Origin: Candidatus Latescibacterota bacterium
Lineage (GTDB): Bacteria; Latescibacterota; UBA2968; GCA-2709665
Direction: 5' to 3'
NCBI GenBank assembly: GCA_965248435.1
Contig: OZ252100.1
Coordinates: 32,001-96,000, forward strand
Length of the DNA: 64,000 bases
Shown one piece after another: positions 40,103 to 50,172 of this stretch; the first letter of the stretch is position 1; the number at the start of each line of letters is the position of its first letter. A program made the translations under genes and the position numbers. Below the pieces are notes generated by a model. The model made no database searches. It had not been told where the DNA came from and saw only the letters and a list, made by a program, of their open reading frames with translations.

Positions 40103-41875
40103 TTGACCTGGCAAAGACTTTTTGTGATTCCATTTCTCGTCTGTTGCCCTTTGGTGGTTTTGGGGCAGGGGGGCGTGCGCCCCGTGATCGAACGATTGGC
40201 AATCCAGGGGAATCGCGCGATCTCAGTGGGCGAACTCAAACGATTGATGAATACCCGTCAGAGTTCCGCGTTCTCCTGGCTGCCAGGAGTGGGGACTCGC
40301 GTGTTCGAATCTCAGGTGTTCCGGGCAGACGTGGCCCGAATTGTCGCCCGTTACAAGGAGATGGGATTTTTCGACGCGGCTGTGGATACGACAATCGACC
40401 GCAGCCGTCCGGGCGCAGTTCGCCTGGGGATCAAAATCGTAGAGGGAGAGGCGGTTCGGGTCTCACGACTCGATCTCGAGGGGTTTGGCGGGGTTCCCGA
40501 CATGGACAGCACCGGCCTGCGGAACATTCTTCTGTCGATTCCCGGCCAGCCGCTTTCCAAGACTGCGCTGGAAAAAGATCAACGGGAGGTTCTACGTCGC
40601 CTGCAAAACAAGGGTTACGCATTTGCCGAGGTGACCGGAGATATTGAAGTGAAGCGTGACAGCAAACGTGCCGTGGTGGCATTTCGAGTCATCCACGGCC
40701 CGGTTTGTCGATTCGGTGACGTTTCCGTAGAGGGCAATCAGAAGGTTTCCGATGGGATCATCCGTCGCGGTCTCACTTTCCAGCGCGGCGAGGTTTATCA
40801 AATGTCGAAAATCCTGGACAGCCAGAGGGAGTTGTATCGAGCCGGCGTGTTTCGCTCCGTGTCGCTCGCGCTTCCTGACAGCCTCGAACAGTCGAGTCCC
40901 GTGCCGATGGTCGTCTCCGTAAGTGAGCGAAGGCCGAGGAGCTTGAAGCTTGGTGCGGGCTACGATACCGAAGAGCAGATCCGTGGGTCGATCACCTGGC
41001 AGCATCGGAACTTTCTTGGGGGTGCCAGGCGGCTTGCCCTGGAATCAGCTGCGTCATCATTGGAAATGAGTGCGACGCTCGGAATCAGGCAGCCCTATGT
41101 TTTCGGCAGCAGGACCTGGCTCAGCCTGTCAGGGTTTATTGAGCAGGACCGACCCGAGGAGATTCGAGTTAAGCGATTTGGCGGCAGCGCTTCGCTGGAA
41201 AGGACATTTCGATCCACGGGCAGGCTGGTCTTCGAGATTCGAACGGAGCTCGTAGATTTCCAAGCAGACAGCACGCGTACGAATTTTATCCTCGCTTATC
41301 AAGAGGACACGCGAGACGATTTTTTCGATCCACAGCGGGGTGCTGTGGCCCTGATTACGCTGGAGGAGTCGGGGCATTTCTTTCAGTCCGAACAGGAATT
41401 GCTCAAACTGACCGGAGAGGGCCGATGGTACAGGCGCATCCGGTCCCGCGGTGTACTGGCTTTCCGGGTTTCAGCCGGATGGATCAGGGAACTTGGCAAG
41501 ACCCGGGAAGTTCCAAACTTTGAGCGATTCTTCTCTGGAGGCGCGAGGAGCGTGAGGGGATGGCGTCTGAATCAGCTGGGCCCCCGAGACGCTGCTGGTG
41601 TCCCCGTTGGAGGATTGAGCCAGCTGGAGGGGGGCATCGAACTGCGATATCGGATCTTTCCTGTCGTGGGTGCCGCCATTTTTCTGGACGGGGGAAACGT
41701 GGGGTCTGGTCGCCTCGATGCGTTCGATCTAACCACCCTGAAATGGTCGGCCGGTTATGGGCTACGGTATCTGAGCCCCATCGGGCCACTTCGCGTGGAC
41801 GTTGCCCACCGGCTTTCAGAGGATTCACTTGAACCGGGGAGAAGAATCTATTTCAGCTTTGGCCAGGCGTTCTGA
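40103..41875 (+). CDS. tamA: Omp85 family outer-membrane protein, TamA-like
   Basis: POTRA repeats (IQGN, VEGN); FFSGGARSVRGW; YLSPIGPLRVD; FSFGQAF; precedes TamB-like gene. Confidence 0.8.
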   Translation: MTWQRLFVIPFLVCCPLVVLGQGGVRPVIERLAIQGNRAISVGELKRLMNTRQSSAFSWLPGVGTRVFESQVFRADVARIVARYKEMGFFDAAVDTTIDRSRPGAVRLGIKIVEGEAVRVSRLDLEGFGGVPDMDSTGLRNILLSIPGQPLSKTALEKDQREVLRRLQNKGYAFAEVTGDIEVKRDSKRAVVAFRVIHGPVCRFGDVSVEGNQKVSDGIIRRGLTFQRGEVYQMSKILDSQRELYRAGVFRSVSLALPDSLEQSSPVPMVVSVSERRPRSLKLGAGYDTEEQIRGSITWQHRNFLGGARRLALESAASSLEMSATLGIRQPYVFGSRTWLSLSGFIEQDRPEEIRVKRFGGSASLERTFRSTGRLVFEIRTELVDFQADSTRTNFILAYQEDTRDDFFDPQRGAVALITLEESGHFFQSEQELLKLTGEGRWYRRIRSRGVLAFRVSAGWIRELGKTREVPNFERFFSGGARSVRGWRLNQLGPRDAAGVPVGGLSQLEGGIELRYRIFPVVGAAIFLDGGNVGSGRLDAFDLTTLKWSAGYGLRYLSPIGPLRVDVAHRLSEDSLEPGRRIYFSFGQAF

Positions 41876-41904
41876 AGATCCAGATAAAGATCGAGGGGCG
41901 AAGT

Positions 41905-44900
41905 GTGAAATTCGTCGGTAAACGTAAGATTAGACAACGCCTTAGAAGGATTCTGGGGCCTGTCACCCTGACGCTGGCGTCTGCGATAGCCCTTGCTGCA
42001 GGGGCGATCTTGATCCTCCAGGCGGGATGGTTGAACAGCCTACTCCTGGCGACCCTCGAGCACCGTCTGTCCTCGGAACTTGGGGGCTCCGTACAGCTTG
42101 GGGAGCTTCGCGGAAAGCCGCTATCTGCGTTCCGGGTGGTCGACGTTCGAATCGTCACCCGAGATGGTGATCGCGTCGAATTGGACACCCTGGAAGTCCG
42201 CCCCCGGCTGCTTCCGCTTTTCCTTGGGAGGTTGGTTTTTGAGCGTGTAGAACTTAGGGCTCCGAAGCTGATCTTGGGGTCGGGTGGGACGGGGAAGCCT
42301 CCCTCAAAGGAAAGCTGGCTTCTGAGATTCGATGCGGTGAGGCACGGCTGGAGCAAGGGCTGGCTGCTCCGGGAGCTTCGGCTGGAAGAGGTTGTGGTCA
42401 CACAAGGCCAAATGATAGAGGAAGTCGGCGGATCTGAGCTGTTGGGTGACCTCAATCTTGTCTTCGGCTTCAACGCGAATCCCGATGGCTACAGGCTCAA
42501 GCTGCATCGCTTCAGATCTGTGGTCTTCGATCCTCCCCTTGTGATTTCGAATCTCGAGGCCGCCGCGACGCTGAAGGATGGGGTGCTACTTGTGGAAGGT
42601 CTGGAGCTGCGCACCCCGCGTTCCCAGCTCTCCCTCTCCGGGTCGCTTACCGATCTTTCCAACCCGAAGATCGACTTGAATGTAAGCTCAGAACACTGTG
42701 CACTACAAGAATTTACAGGGTATACATCCGATGTCGTGCTGGGTGCATTGAAGGCAAGACTGGTCGGGGGCATGGATCGCCTGAGCGTCGACCTTGGCTT
42801 CAGGCAGTCGGAGGCGAAGCTGGCGCTGGAAGGCCACGTTGACCTCACAGGCGAGAAGATTGGCTACGATCTTCAGGTCGAGGCCGACGGCGTAGAGCTG
42901 GATAAGATCTTGCCGGGACTTGGTGGTGGCGCCGTGTTCGACCTGCGGGGAGGGATCAAAGGGAGAGGGATCAGGCCCTGGAACGCCGAAGCGGACGTAG
43001 ATGCAGTTCTGTCCCGCGGCCTTGCGCTAGGCGCAAAGATCGACACACTGCAGGCAAATGCAAAGCTTCGGAACGGGGAAGTCGCGATCGAGTTAAGGGC
43101 GAGGGGTCCTGCGGGCGACGCCGAAGGACGGCTCCGGGTGGACCTGTCGGGCAGGGTACCTTTCTACGACCTGTCCGTAGACTTCAGGCACGTGGATCTT
43201 TCCAGATTCGAAGAGGGTCCAGGGGCTCAGACCGATCTCACGGGTGAGGTCCATCTGGAGCGGGAGGGCCCAGAGGCCTGGAATGGGAATGCCATATTGA
43301 AGTCGTTGAGAGCCGGACCGGTCAGGTGCGAGGAGCTCTTTTTCCAGGGGACGTTCAGAAAAGGAGAAATCAAACTGACCGGCCTGAGTGCCCTCGTCCA
43401 GCCTGGTTCGGGGTCGTTGTCGGCAACCGGACGAATCGATCTGGGGCAGATCTGGAGACCTGAGGCCGGACTTCCATCCTACAATCTGGATTTTCTTATC
43501 GAATCGTTGGACGCAGGTCAGTTGAACGAGGTTCTGGAGCAAGCGGGTCCCGTTTCCTTGGCAGCCAACTTCGAGGGAAAGGGGTTTCATCCAGATTCCA
43601 TTTCGGCGCTCCTTCGCATAGAGACCACTGCCCCGAGGTTTCTGGGGGTGGGGTTGGACACCGGCCACGTTTCGTTAGTGCGGCAGGGTCGCAGCCTGAA
43701 GCTTCGGGATCTGATTTTCAAGAACGACATCTTCAGCCTGAATGGGGGTGGTCAAGCCACGATCGGCGATAGTCTGGCTTTTGAACTCTGGGGCCAGGTC
43801 GATCCTGCGAAGTTGGGTGGCAAACTGGGACTGGAGGTGGGTGGCGGTCCGCTTTCGTTTGAAGCAGAACTCGGTCGAACCTGGGCCGATCCTCTCTTTT
43901 CGGCAAGGCTTTACGGGAATCGTTTGGACACCGAGGGCGTCTCGATGTTCGGTGTATCGCTCGAAACGACGCTGCCTGTGCTCTCGAGCGGTGGGCTTTC
44001 GGTTCGTGTCGATTCACTTGTCTGGGCGAACCGGTCTCTTCGGAAGGTCTTTTTGGATGCCGGACTCGATGGGGATGATGTGGTCTTTTTATTAGGGAAT
44101 TCCACAACAGAAAAAGATCGGATGTCTCTATGGGGGAGGTTGGGGATATCAGACCAGGAGGTTCGTCTCGCGCTGGACTCTCTGTCGGTCGGCGTGGGCG
44201 AGGTCGCTTTTTCAAATGCAGGGCCCTGCCGCCTGAGCTACCGCCCCGAGTCGGGCTTAAGCGTCGAACAGTTCCGCGTGGGGGGGCCGGCCGGGCGTAT
44301 GGAGGCCCGGGATCATACCGATGCGCCGGGTGCCGTGAAGATCATTGTGAGCGACATGGATCTACGTCCGTGGTTTTTGATGTTGGGCTTGGGGGAGGAG
44401 GTGAGCGGGACGCTAGACGGCGAGGTCGTAGTTTCTGGAAACCTCGGCGACCCGCAAGTCGTTTCAGACATTCAATTTCAAGATGTGACAGCCGCGGGCG
44501 TAGGGTTTCGGGAAATTTCGGGGTCTATTGCCTATTGGAGAAGCAGCCTCGACCTTGACCTGGAACTGACCCAGACCTCCGGCGCAAATGCCCGTGTTTT
44601 GGGGACTCTGCCCCTCGATTCCTCTGGCCTGTCCGCCCGGGACGAGGCTCCAGATATGTCGGTGGACCTTTCCATCCAGTCGGAAGGCATAGATTTGGGG
44701 TTCCTTAAGGTCTTGTCCCCTGAGATCGCTGCCTCGAAGGGAGATCTTGCAATCGACGTGAGGGTAACAGGCTCTGCTGCGCAGCCCAAGCCCGACGGTT
44801 GGCTAAGGATAGCCAACGGCCAACTGGGCCTCACATCATTGAATCAGGACTTCCGCGGCCTCGTGGCAGATGTGAGTTTTTTGCCCGACGCGATTGTTGT

Positions 44901-45942
44901 GGAACGCCTTGGCGCAGAGGGAGGTCGATTGGCGGGAAAGGGGAAGATCCACCTCGAAGGCCGGACGGTTGGCACCTTCGACCTCAGTTTCAAGTTCGAA
45001 GACCTGGCGGTCGTGAACCTTCCCGAACTAAGCGCCAACCTCAATGCGGATCTCACGCTTCGGGGAAACCTGGATGGACCGGTCCTGGAGGGGCAAGCGG
45101 AACTGACGCGTGCTGTTATCGAGCTTCTGAGCCTCCTTGAGGGCCCCGAGGCCCAGGAGGAGAGCATCTGGAATACTGTGCCGTTCTTGCGGAGGATGTC
45201 GGGCAAGGTCCGGGCCTCGGCCTCCCGTAACGTCTGGATTCGGGATAGGACCCTAAATGTGGAAATCTCGGGAGATCTGGACGTTGTGAAGGAGCCGGAG
45301 GGTTTTCGGTTTTACGGTGCGCTCGACAGCAGGAGGGGCAACTACGACTTTCAAAACGCGAATTTCAACATCGATGAGGGGCAGATTCAATTTCTGGGAA
45401 AAACGGAGACCAACCCGGAGCTCTCCATTCTTGGATCCAAGCGCGTAAAGCTGATCACGGGTGAATCCGCAATCATCACTGTAATCTTGGGTGGCGCGCT
45501 GCTCCACCCCCAGGTTACCTTTGAGAGCGATCCCATCCTCCCCGAGGAAGACATCCTGTCCTACCTGGTGCTGGGTCTGCCCGCCGACGTTCTCGGTGGA
45601 TCGCAGGGCCAGGGTGGGGGATTGACAGACCAGGCTCCATATCTGGTCCTGGGGATTGCAGCAAACCGCTTGAAACGGACGATAGGGAAACAGCTGAACC
45701 TGGACGTCGTGGAGATTGACGTTGGAGGAACAGCGGCGACACGACTTGTCGTCGGCAAGTACATCGGGCAGAAATTCTTCGTTAGCTATGCACAGGATCT
45801 TCGCTCCCCGATTGGCGGCCAGGAAGTGACGGTGGAGTATGAGCTCATTCCCAAAGTTACGCTCGAGGCCCAGCAAAGGGTTGGAACTGAACAACAATCG
45901 GAGAGGCAATCCATCGGATTCTTCTGGAAGACGGAGTGGTGA
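41905..45942 (+). CDS. tamB: translocation and assembly module TamB-like protein
   Basis: N-terminal anchor; long beta-taco; C-terminal DUF490-like 'FESDP.LPEEDILSYLVLG', 'VGKYIG', ends W. Confidence 0.8.
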   Translation: MKFVGKRKIRQRLRRILGPVTLTLASAIALAAGAILILQAGWLNSLLLATLEHRLSSELGGSVQLGELRGKPLSAFRVVDVRIVTRDGDRVELDTLEVRPRLLPLFLGRLVFERVELRAPKLILGSGGTGKPPSKESWLLRFDAVRHGWSKGWLLRELRLEEVVVTQGQMIEEVGGSELLGDLNLVFGFNANPDGYRLKLHRFRSVVFDPPLVISNLEAAATLKDGVLLVEGLELRTPRSQLSLSGSLTDLSNPKIDLNVSSEHCALQEFTGYTSDVVLGALKARLVGGMDRLSVDLGFRQSEAKLALEGHVDLTGEKIGYDLQVEADGVELDKILPGLGGGAVFDLRGGIKGRGIRPWNAEADVDAVLSRGLALGAKIDTLQANAKLRNGEVAIELRARGPAGDAEGRLRVDLSGRVPFYDLSVDFRHVDLSRFEEGPGAQTDLTGEVHLEREGPEAWNGNAILKSLRAGPVRCEELFFQGTFRKGEIKLTGLSALVQPGSGSLSATGRIDLGQIWRPEAGLPSYNLDFLIESLDAGQLNEVLEQAGPVSLAANFEGKGFHPDSISALLRIETTAPRFLGVGLDTGHVSLVRQGRSLKLRDLIFKNDIFSLNGGGQATIGDSLAFELWGQVDPAKLGGKLGLEVGGGPLSFEAELGRTWADPLFSARLYGNRLDTEGVSMFGVSLETTLPVLSSGGLSVRVDSLVWANRSLRKVFLDAGLDGDDVVFLLGNSTTEKDRMSLWGRLGISDQEVRLALDSLSVGVGEVAFSNAGPCRLSYRPESGLSVEQFRVGGPAGRMEARDHTDAPGAVKIIVSDMDLRPWFLMLGLGEEVSGTLDGEVVVSGNLGDPQVVSDIQFQDVTAAGVGFREISGSIAYWRSSLDLDLELTQTSGANARVLGTLPLDSSGLSARDEAPDMSVDLSIQSEGIDLGFLKVLSPEIAASKGDLAIDVRVTGSAAQPKPDGWLRIANGQLGLTSLNQDFRGLVADVSFLPDAIVVERLGAEGGRLAGKGKIHLEGRTVGTFDLSFKFEDLAVVNLPELSANLNADLTLRGNLDGPVLEGQAELTRAVIELLSLLEGPEAQEESIWNTVPFLRRMSGKVRASASRNVWIRDRTLNVEISGDLDVVKEPEGFRFYGALDSRRGNYDFQNANFNIDEGQIQFLGKTETNPELSILGSKRVKLITGESAIITVILGGALLHPQVTFESDPILPEEDILSYLVLGLPADVLGGSQGQGGGLTDQAPYLVLGIAANRLKRTIGKQLNLDVVEIDVGGTAATRLVVGKYIGQKFFVSYAQDLRSPIGGQEVTVEYELIPKVTLEAQQRVGTEQQSERQSIGFFWKTEW

Positions 45943-46162
45943 GGGTACCCAGTTTGCAAGTCTGGTGTGGGTTTTGCTTCCTTGTAGTCGGAAGCAACGA
46001 ATCTTAAGACTTGACCTGGAGAAAACGACGCGGCACCTTGAACTTGAAGGATTGCTCACGTTCCGCACGTTCCGCAGGTATAATGCCTGCATCAGACTCG
46101 CCCGGATGGTAGGATAAGTCGTTTTACCAGAAGGCACGTCACCCAAGCAAATAGGGGGAAAT

Positions 46163-46846
46163 ATGCACAGGTCACTCTTCCGAACTTTTTCGGCAACGAT
46201 CCTCGTTCTTCTTCTGGCGGGCAGCGGATCTGCAAATAGCTATAAGGTAGACCCTGCCCATTCCTCGGTCGAGTTTTCGATTCGCCATATCGTCAGTCGT
46301 GTTACGGGTTCATTTACAGATTTCTCCGGGTCAATTATGTATGACCCGGAGCAAGTGGAGAAGTCGACTGTTGAGGCGACGATTCAGATTGGCTCGATCG
46401 ACACGCGAAACGAGAAGCGGGACAATCACCTCAGGAGCCCTGACTTTTTCGACGCAAAGAAGTACCCGGAAATGTCATTCAAGAGCACGGGCGTCAAAAA
46501 GCAGGGGGACAAGCTTCTTGCGACCGGCGACCTGACACTTCACGGGGTGACGAAGAGTGTTGTCCTGACCGTAGAAGTGCTCGGTACGGGTGTGCACCCA
46601 ATGTCAAAGGCACCTGTAGCAGGGTTCGTCGGAGAAACGGTGATCAAGCGGTCAGATTACGGTGTCAACAACTGGACTGACGCCACAGGGATGCTGGGTG
46701 ACGAAGTCCGAATTTCCTTGAACATTGAAGCAGCGGGCACGAAAGGGGCCAATCCTTGTAATCCCTGTAACCCGTGCGGAAAGGCCGGTAATCCCTGCAA
46801 TCCGTGCGGAAAGGCCGATAATCCCTGCAATCCGTGTGGAAAGTAA
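46163..46846 (+). CDS. yceI: YceI family secreted protein with Cys-rich (NPC)7 tail
   Basis: YKVDPAHSSVEF, SIDTRNEKRDNHLRSPDFFD, GDLTLHGVTK, IKRSDYG. Confidence 0.92.
   Translation: MHRSLFRTFSATILVLLLAGSGSANSYKVDPAHSSVEFSIRHIVSRVTGSFTDFSGSIMYDPEQVEKSTVEATIQIGSIDTRNEKRDNHLRSPDFFDAKKYPEMSFKSTGVKKQGDKLLATGDLTLHGVTKSVVLTVEVLGTGVHPMSKAPVAGFVGETVIKRSDYGVNNWTDATGMLGDEVRISLNIEAAGTKGANPCNPCNPCGKAGNPCNPCGKADNPCNPCGK
46751..46843 (+). repeat. about 30-bp coding tandem repeat (NPCNPCGKAx)
   Basis: AATCCCTGYAAYCCGTGYGGAAAG(GCCGRT) x3 plus one extra NPC. Confidence 0.9.
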
Positions 46847-46904
46847 TCGTGCGATAGACGTCGATCTGTCCACGGCCCAAGTTTGAAAATCGCCCCGTTC
46901 ATAA

Positions 46905-46938
46905 GCGCAGGATTCCTTCGAATCCTGCGCCTTTTTTT
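46905..46938 (+). terminator. intrinsic terminator
   Basis: GCGCAGGATT-CCTTCG-AATCCTGCGC-CTTTTTTT. Confidence 0.85.
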
Positions 46939-47084
46939 ATGCCCCAAATCAAAAGGTCTGTGGCACCTCACCTCAGAGCGCGGGCCTGACAAACCGATTT
47001 CTTGTTACGCGGCGAGGTTCGAATTCATATCTTACTGAGAAGATCACAGATCTCTCACAATTCTCAGTCACAGGGAGGAACGCC

Positions 47085-47750
47085 ATGAATGCGATCGGGG
47101 AAGCGCTGCTGCAGTCATACCAGACGTTTTTCACACAGCTGTCTGGATTTCTACCCAAGCTGATCGGCTGTGTCCTGATTCTGATCTTCGGGTGGATTAT
47201 CGCCAAGGTCATTCGCACAGTTTCCGTGAGACTACTCGCCGTCGTTCGTTTGGACGTGCTGACGGAGAAAGCCAAAATCGATCGGTTCCTGAGTGAAGGG
47301 GGCGTCAAGCAATCTGCCGTCGAAATCATTGGGACCCTCCTGTATTGGCTAATCATGTTGATCGTGATCGTGGCCGCGTTCAACAGCCTCGGCCTTCAGG
47401 TGGCGTCCGAGTTGTTCAATCAGGTCATTCTGTTCATTCCGAACATCATCGTGTCCATATTCGTGCTCATCCTCGGCCTTTTCCTTGCAAACTTTACAGG
47501 ACAGGTTGTGGTTACCTATGCGAAGAACGTCGGGGTTGACAATGCAGACTTGGTTGGCAAAATCGCGCAATACGCCATCATCATCTTTGTCGTTTCCATC
47601 GCCCTCACGCAGATGAACATTGGCGAAAAAATTCTGGCCAACGCGATTCTTATCCTGTTTGGTGCGGTCTGTTTGGCCCTTGCCCTGGCGTTTGGACTCG
47701 GAGGTCGCGAGTGGGCATCACGTGTGATCAAGAAATTTTGGGGGGAATGA
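47085..47750 (+). CDS. conserved TM-helix protein (CmpX / MscS-like transmembrane region)
   Basis: Two 'FLPKLIG / FIPNIIV' TM_helix repeats; LALAFGLGGRE. Confidence 0.82.
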   Translation: MNAIGEALLQSYQTFFTQLSGFLPKLIGCVLILIFGWIIAKVIRTVSVRLLAVVRLDVLTEKAKIDRFLSEGGVKQSAVEIIGTLLYWLIMLIVIVAAFNSLGLQVASELFNQVILFIPNIIVSIFVLILGLFLANFTGQVVVTYAKNVGVDNADLVGKIAQYAIIIFVVSIALTQMNIGEKILANAILILFGAVCLALALAFGLGGREWASRVIKKFWGE

Positions 47751-47781
47751 AAGGAGCTTCCTTCAACAGTGAGGAAGACAG

Positions 47782-48726
47782 ATGTCAGAAAATCGCCTTC
47801 GGAGTGACGGCGACATTCTCCAGGATCGGGTTGCGCGGCTCGAAGTCCTGCTGAAGATCAGCAGGATGATGAACGCGACGTCCGATCAGGAGACCCTGAT
47901 AAGAAACATCGCCGCGGAAGTAAGCAGCTACGTCGGGGCCGACCGATGCTCGATCTTCTTTTACGACCGGGTCTCGGATCAGCTCTATACCCATCTGGCG
48001 ACCGGGCTCTCGGCAGGTCAGCAGATTCGGATTTCCAGCAGTACCGGGATAGCCGGATATGTCTTCCAGGCGGGCAAGGAATTGAATGTGCACGATGTGT
48101 CGAAAGAACCCAGGTTTACGGGAGAGGCGGATCAAAAGACTGGGTATCGCACTCGGAGTTTGTTGACTTTTCCCCTGGCCAATCGGCAAGGCAGGCCCAT
48201 CGGAGTCTTTCAGTTCGTTAACAAACAGGGGAGGCCCGGGTATTTTACCGAGGATGACGAAGCGTTCCAGGCGGAACTCGTGGAACAGATTTCAGATCTT
48301 CTGGAGCTCGTCCTCCGAAAGGACGAACTCGCACAGCGGAATGCCATTCTTGAGGAGCAGATGAAGGAGTTGTCTGCCTTCGAATATTTGATCGGAGACC
48401 GCACTGCTGTCAACCTTCTCTTTCGCGCTAACCGGAAGATTCATTACTGGGGCGGGATGGTTGTCCTCGTCTTCCTGGTCTTGATGGCGGTCACCTCGCT
48501 GGGTATGGTCCATTTCGAACCTATGCGGAAGACCATGCTCGGGCTTCACATCGGAACCGGATTCGGATTGGGCACCCGATATTACGTCTACACCGACGCG
48601 GTTTCCGTCCTGACACTTGCCATCTCTTCTACAGGCCTCCTGCTCTACGTTTACCCACCCCTGAATCGGTGGATGAAGGCCCAAAAGCAGCGCATGATGG
48701 CTAAAAGAGTAAAGACAGATCGGTAG
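47782..48726 (+). CDS. GAF domain + PepSY-associated TM-like membrane domain protein
   Basis: GAF: ADRCSIF, GIAGYV, DQKTGYRTRSLL, IGVFQFVNK, FTEDDE; C-terminus RKIHYWGG..., LHIG..., TGLLLY. Confidence 0.72.
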   Translation: MSENRLRSDGDILQDRVARLEVLLKISRMMNATSDQETLIRNIAAEVSSYVGADRCSIFFYDRVSDQLYTHLATGLSAGQQIRISSSTGIAGYVFQAGKELNVHDVSKEPRFTGEADQKTGYRTRSLLTFPLANRQGRPIGVFQFVNKQGRPGYFTEDDEAFQAELVEQISDLLELVLRKDELAQRNAILEEQMKELSAFEYLIGDRTAVNLLFRANRKIHYWGGMVVLVFLVLMAVTSLGMVHFEPMRKTMLGLHIGTGFGLGTRYYVYTDAVSVLTLAISSTGLLLYVYPPLNRWMKAQKQRMMAKRVKTDR

Positions 48727-48762
48727 CGGGAAGGCGGCATGAATGTCTGAGGCCCGGCGGGC

Positions 48763-48791
48763 TTGACATCGCGACGCGGCGCGCCTATTTT
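48763..48791 (+). promoter_or_regulatory. sigma70-type promoter
   Basis: TTGACA-N17-TATTTT. Confidence 0.45.
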
Positions 48792-48856
48792 CCTGCCGGT
48801 CTCAGCGAACGGTTGCAAAGTTCTGCCTGGAAGACATCCAAGAAGAGGGGGAGGGA

Positions 48857-49288
48857 ATGGATCGATCTGTGCGCGGTTTGATTTTGGCCGTTTCGGCTTT
48901 GAGTTTGTTCTCCCTGTTGGCCTGTGATGGAGGAGGGGACGAGGGCCTCCCCACCCGGCGGGCCGAGATGCGTGATATAAAGCTGAGCACAGACCGCATC
49001 GCAGCAGTGCTCAAGAACGATTCTCTGGAGGGGGTCGAGGAGGACGCCAAGAAGATCAGACGCGCGCTGCACGCGGTGACCGAACTTTACCCTCCTGAAT
49101 ACGAAGAAAAGTACCGGGCCTATAGTAAAGAGGCGCAGGACCTGGCCATTGAACTGGCGATCGAGGCGAGGGCAAACGACGTCAAGAAATCAAACTGGAA
49201 GTTCCGGGGGCTGGTTCCGTATTGCGGCAAATGCCACGAGGACTGCGCATTTCTGCTTGCGCCGGCCTTTCCGGAATACGAGCACTAG
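48857..49288 (+). CDS. class II (cytochrome c'-like) monoheme lipoprotein
   Basis: Lipobox LLAC; helical body; C-terminal CGKCH. Confidence 0.75.
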   Translation: MDRSVRGLILAVSALSLFSLLACDGGGDEGLPTRRAEMRDIKLSTDRIAAVLKNDSLEGVEEDAKKIRRALHAVTELYPPEYEEKYRAYSKEAQDLAIELAIEARANDVKKSNWKFRGLVPYCGKCHEDCAFLLAPAFPEYEH

Positions 49289-49312
49289 GTTTCGCTGCAC
49301 GAGAAGTTTTAG

Positions 49313-49349
49313 AAGAAAGGGACGGCCAGCGAAAGGCCGTCCCTTTCTT
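49313..49349. terminator. bidirectional terminator
   Basis: AAGAAAGGGACGGCC-AGCGAAA-GGCCGTCCCTTTCTT between convergent genes. Confidence 0.8.
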
Positions 49350-49387
49350 GTTACGGATTCTATTCGCGAGTGGTCCTGAGGCGTGCT

Positions 49388-50143
49388 TCACCGCAGCAGG
49401 TTCTGGAGCGCCTGGAAGTGTTCAGGAGGGCAGATCAGGGTAGGTTCAGCGACGCGCCGGCCGTCATAGATCTCCGCAAACTCGACCGCCTCCCCGGAAA
49501 GGAAGCGGAAGGGAATCCCCAAGACGTGAAGCATGGCCGCACACGCCGTGTAATCCCAGATGTGCGCCTGGCCGAGCGCCCCCACCGCGGATCCCCGAAT
49601 AACATAGCAGAGATGTGCAGCTGTTGATCCAAGACTGTGAAGTTTTCCAGAGAAATCGATCCTTTGATCGCCCAGTACTGATTCACTGACGAGCAGGAGC
49701 GCGTTTGTCTCGATCGGAGGATCCGGAGGGGGTAGGGGAACACCATTCAGGAACGTCTTTATCCCATCTGTGTGGTAGAGATCATCCAGCACAGGGAGGA
49801 AAAAAGCGCCAATGACCGGAACACCTTCCTCGAGCATCCCGACCGACACACCCCAGACTGGAAGCCCGTGATTGAAACAACGCGTCCCATCTATAGGATC
49901 GATGGCCCATATACGCCCGGATCGGGGGTGTGGATCGTCGCCTTCTTCGCCGAGGATCGAGTCGTCCGAATATTTCGAGTTGATCTCACTGCGCAAATAG
50001 CATTCTACGGCCAGATCGGCTTCTGTGACCCACGAATCGTCGGCCTTGGTGGATCCCCGGGTCTTGCCGAAGTAGGAAAGCGCGAGTTCGCCACCCTTCC
50101 GAGTTATCCTGAGCAGCCACTCAACATCGATTTCTGGGGACAA
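49388..50143 (-). CDS. inositol monophosphatase family protein
   Basis: VTEADLAVE, ILGEEG, WAIDPIDGT, IWDY. Confidence 0.9.
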   Translation of the reverse strand: MSPEIDVEWLLRITRKGGELALSYFGKTRGSTKADDSWVTEADLAVECYLRSEINSKYSDDSILGEEGDDPHPRSGRIWAIDPIDGTRCFNHGLPVWGVSVGMLEEGVPVIGAFFLPVLDDLYHTDGIKTFLNGVPLPPPDPPIETNALLLVSESVLGDQRIDFSGKLHSLGSTAAHLCYVIRGSAVGALGQAHIWDYTACAAMLHVLGIPFRFLSGEAVEFAEIYDGRRVAEPTLICPPEHFQALQNLLR

Positions 50144-50172
50144 GGATCCGCTCTCCTGCAAAGCGAGCAACG

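Noticed and set aside
47033-47069. Inverted repeat ACTGAGAA...TTCTCAGT in the leader of the CmpX-like gene
   Set aside because: Short arms and a long loop; no recognisable family.
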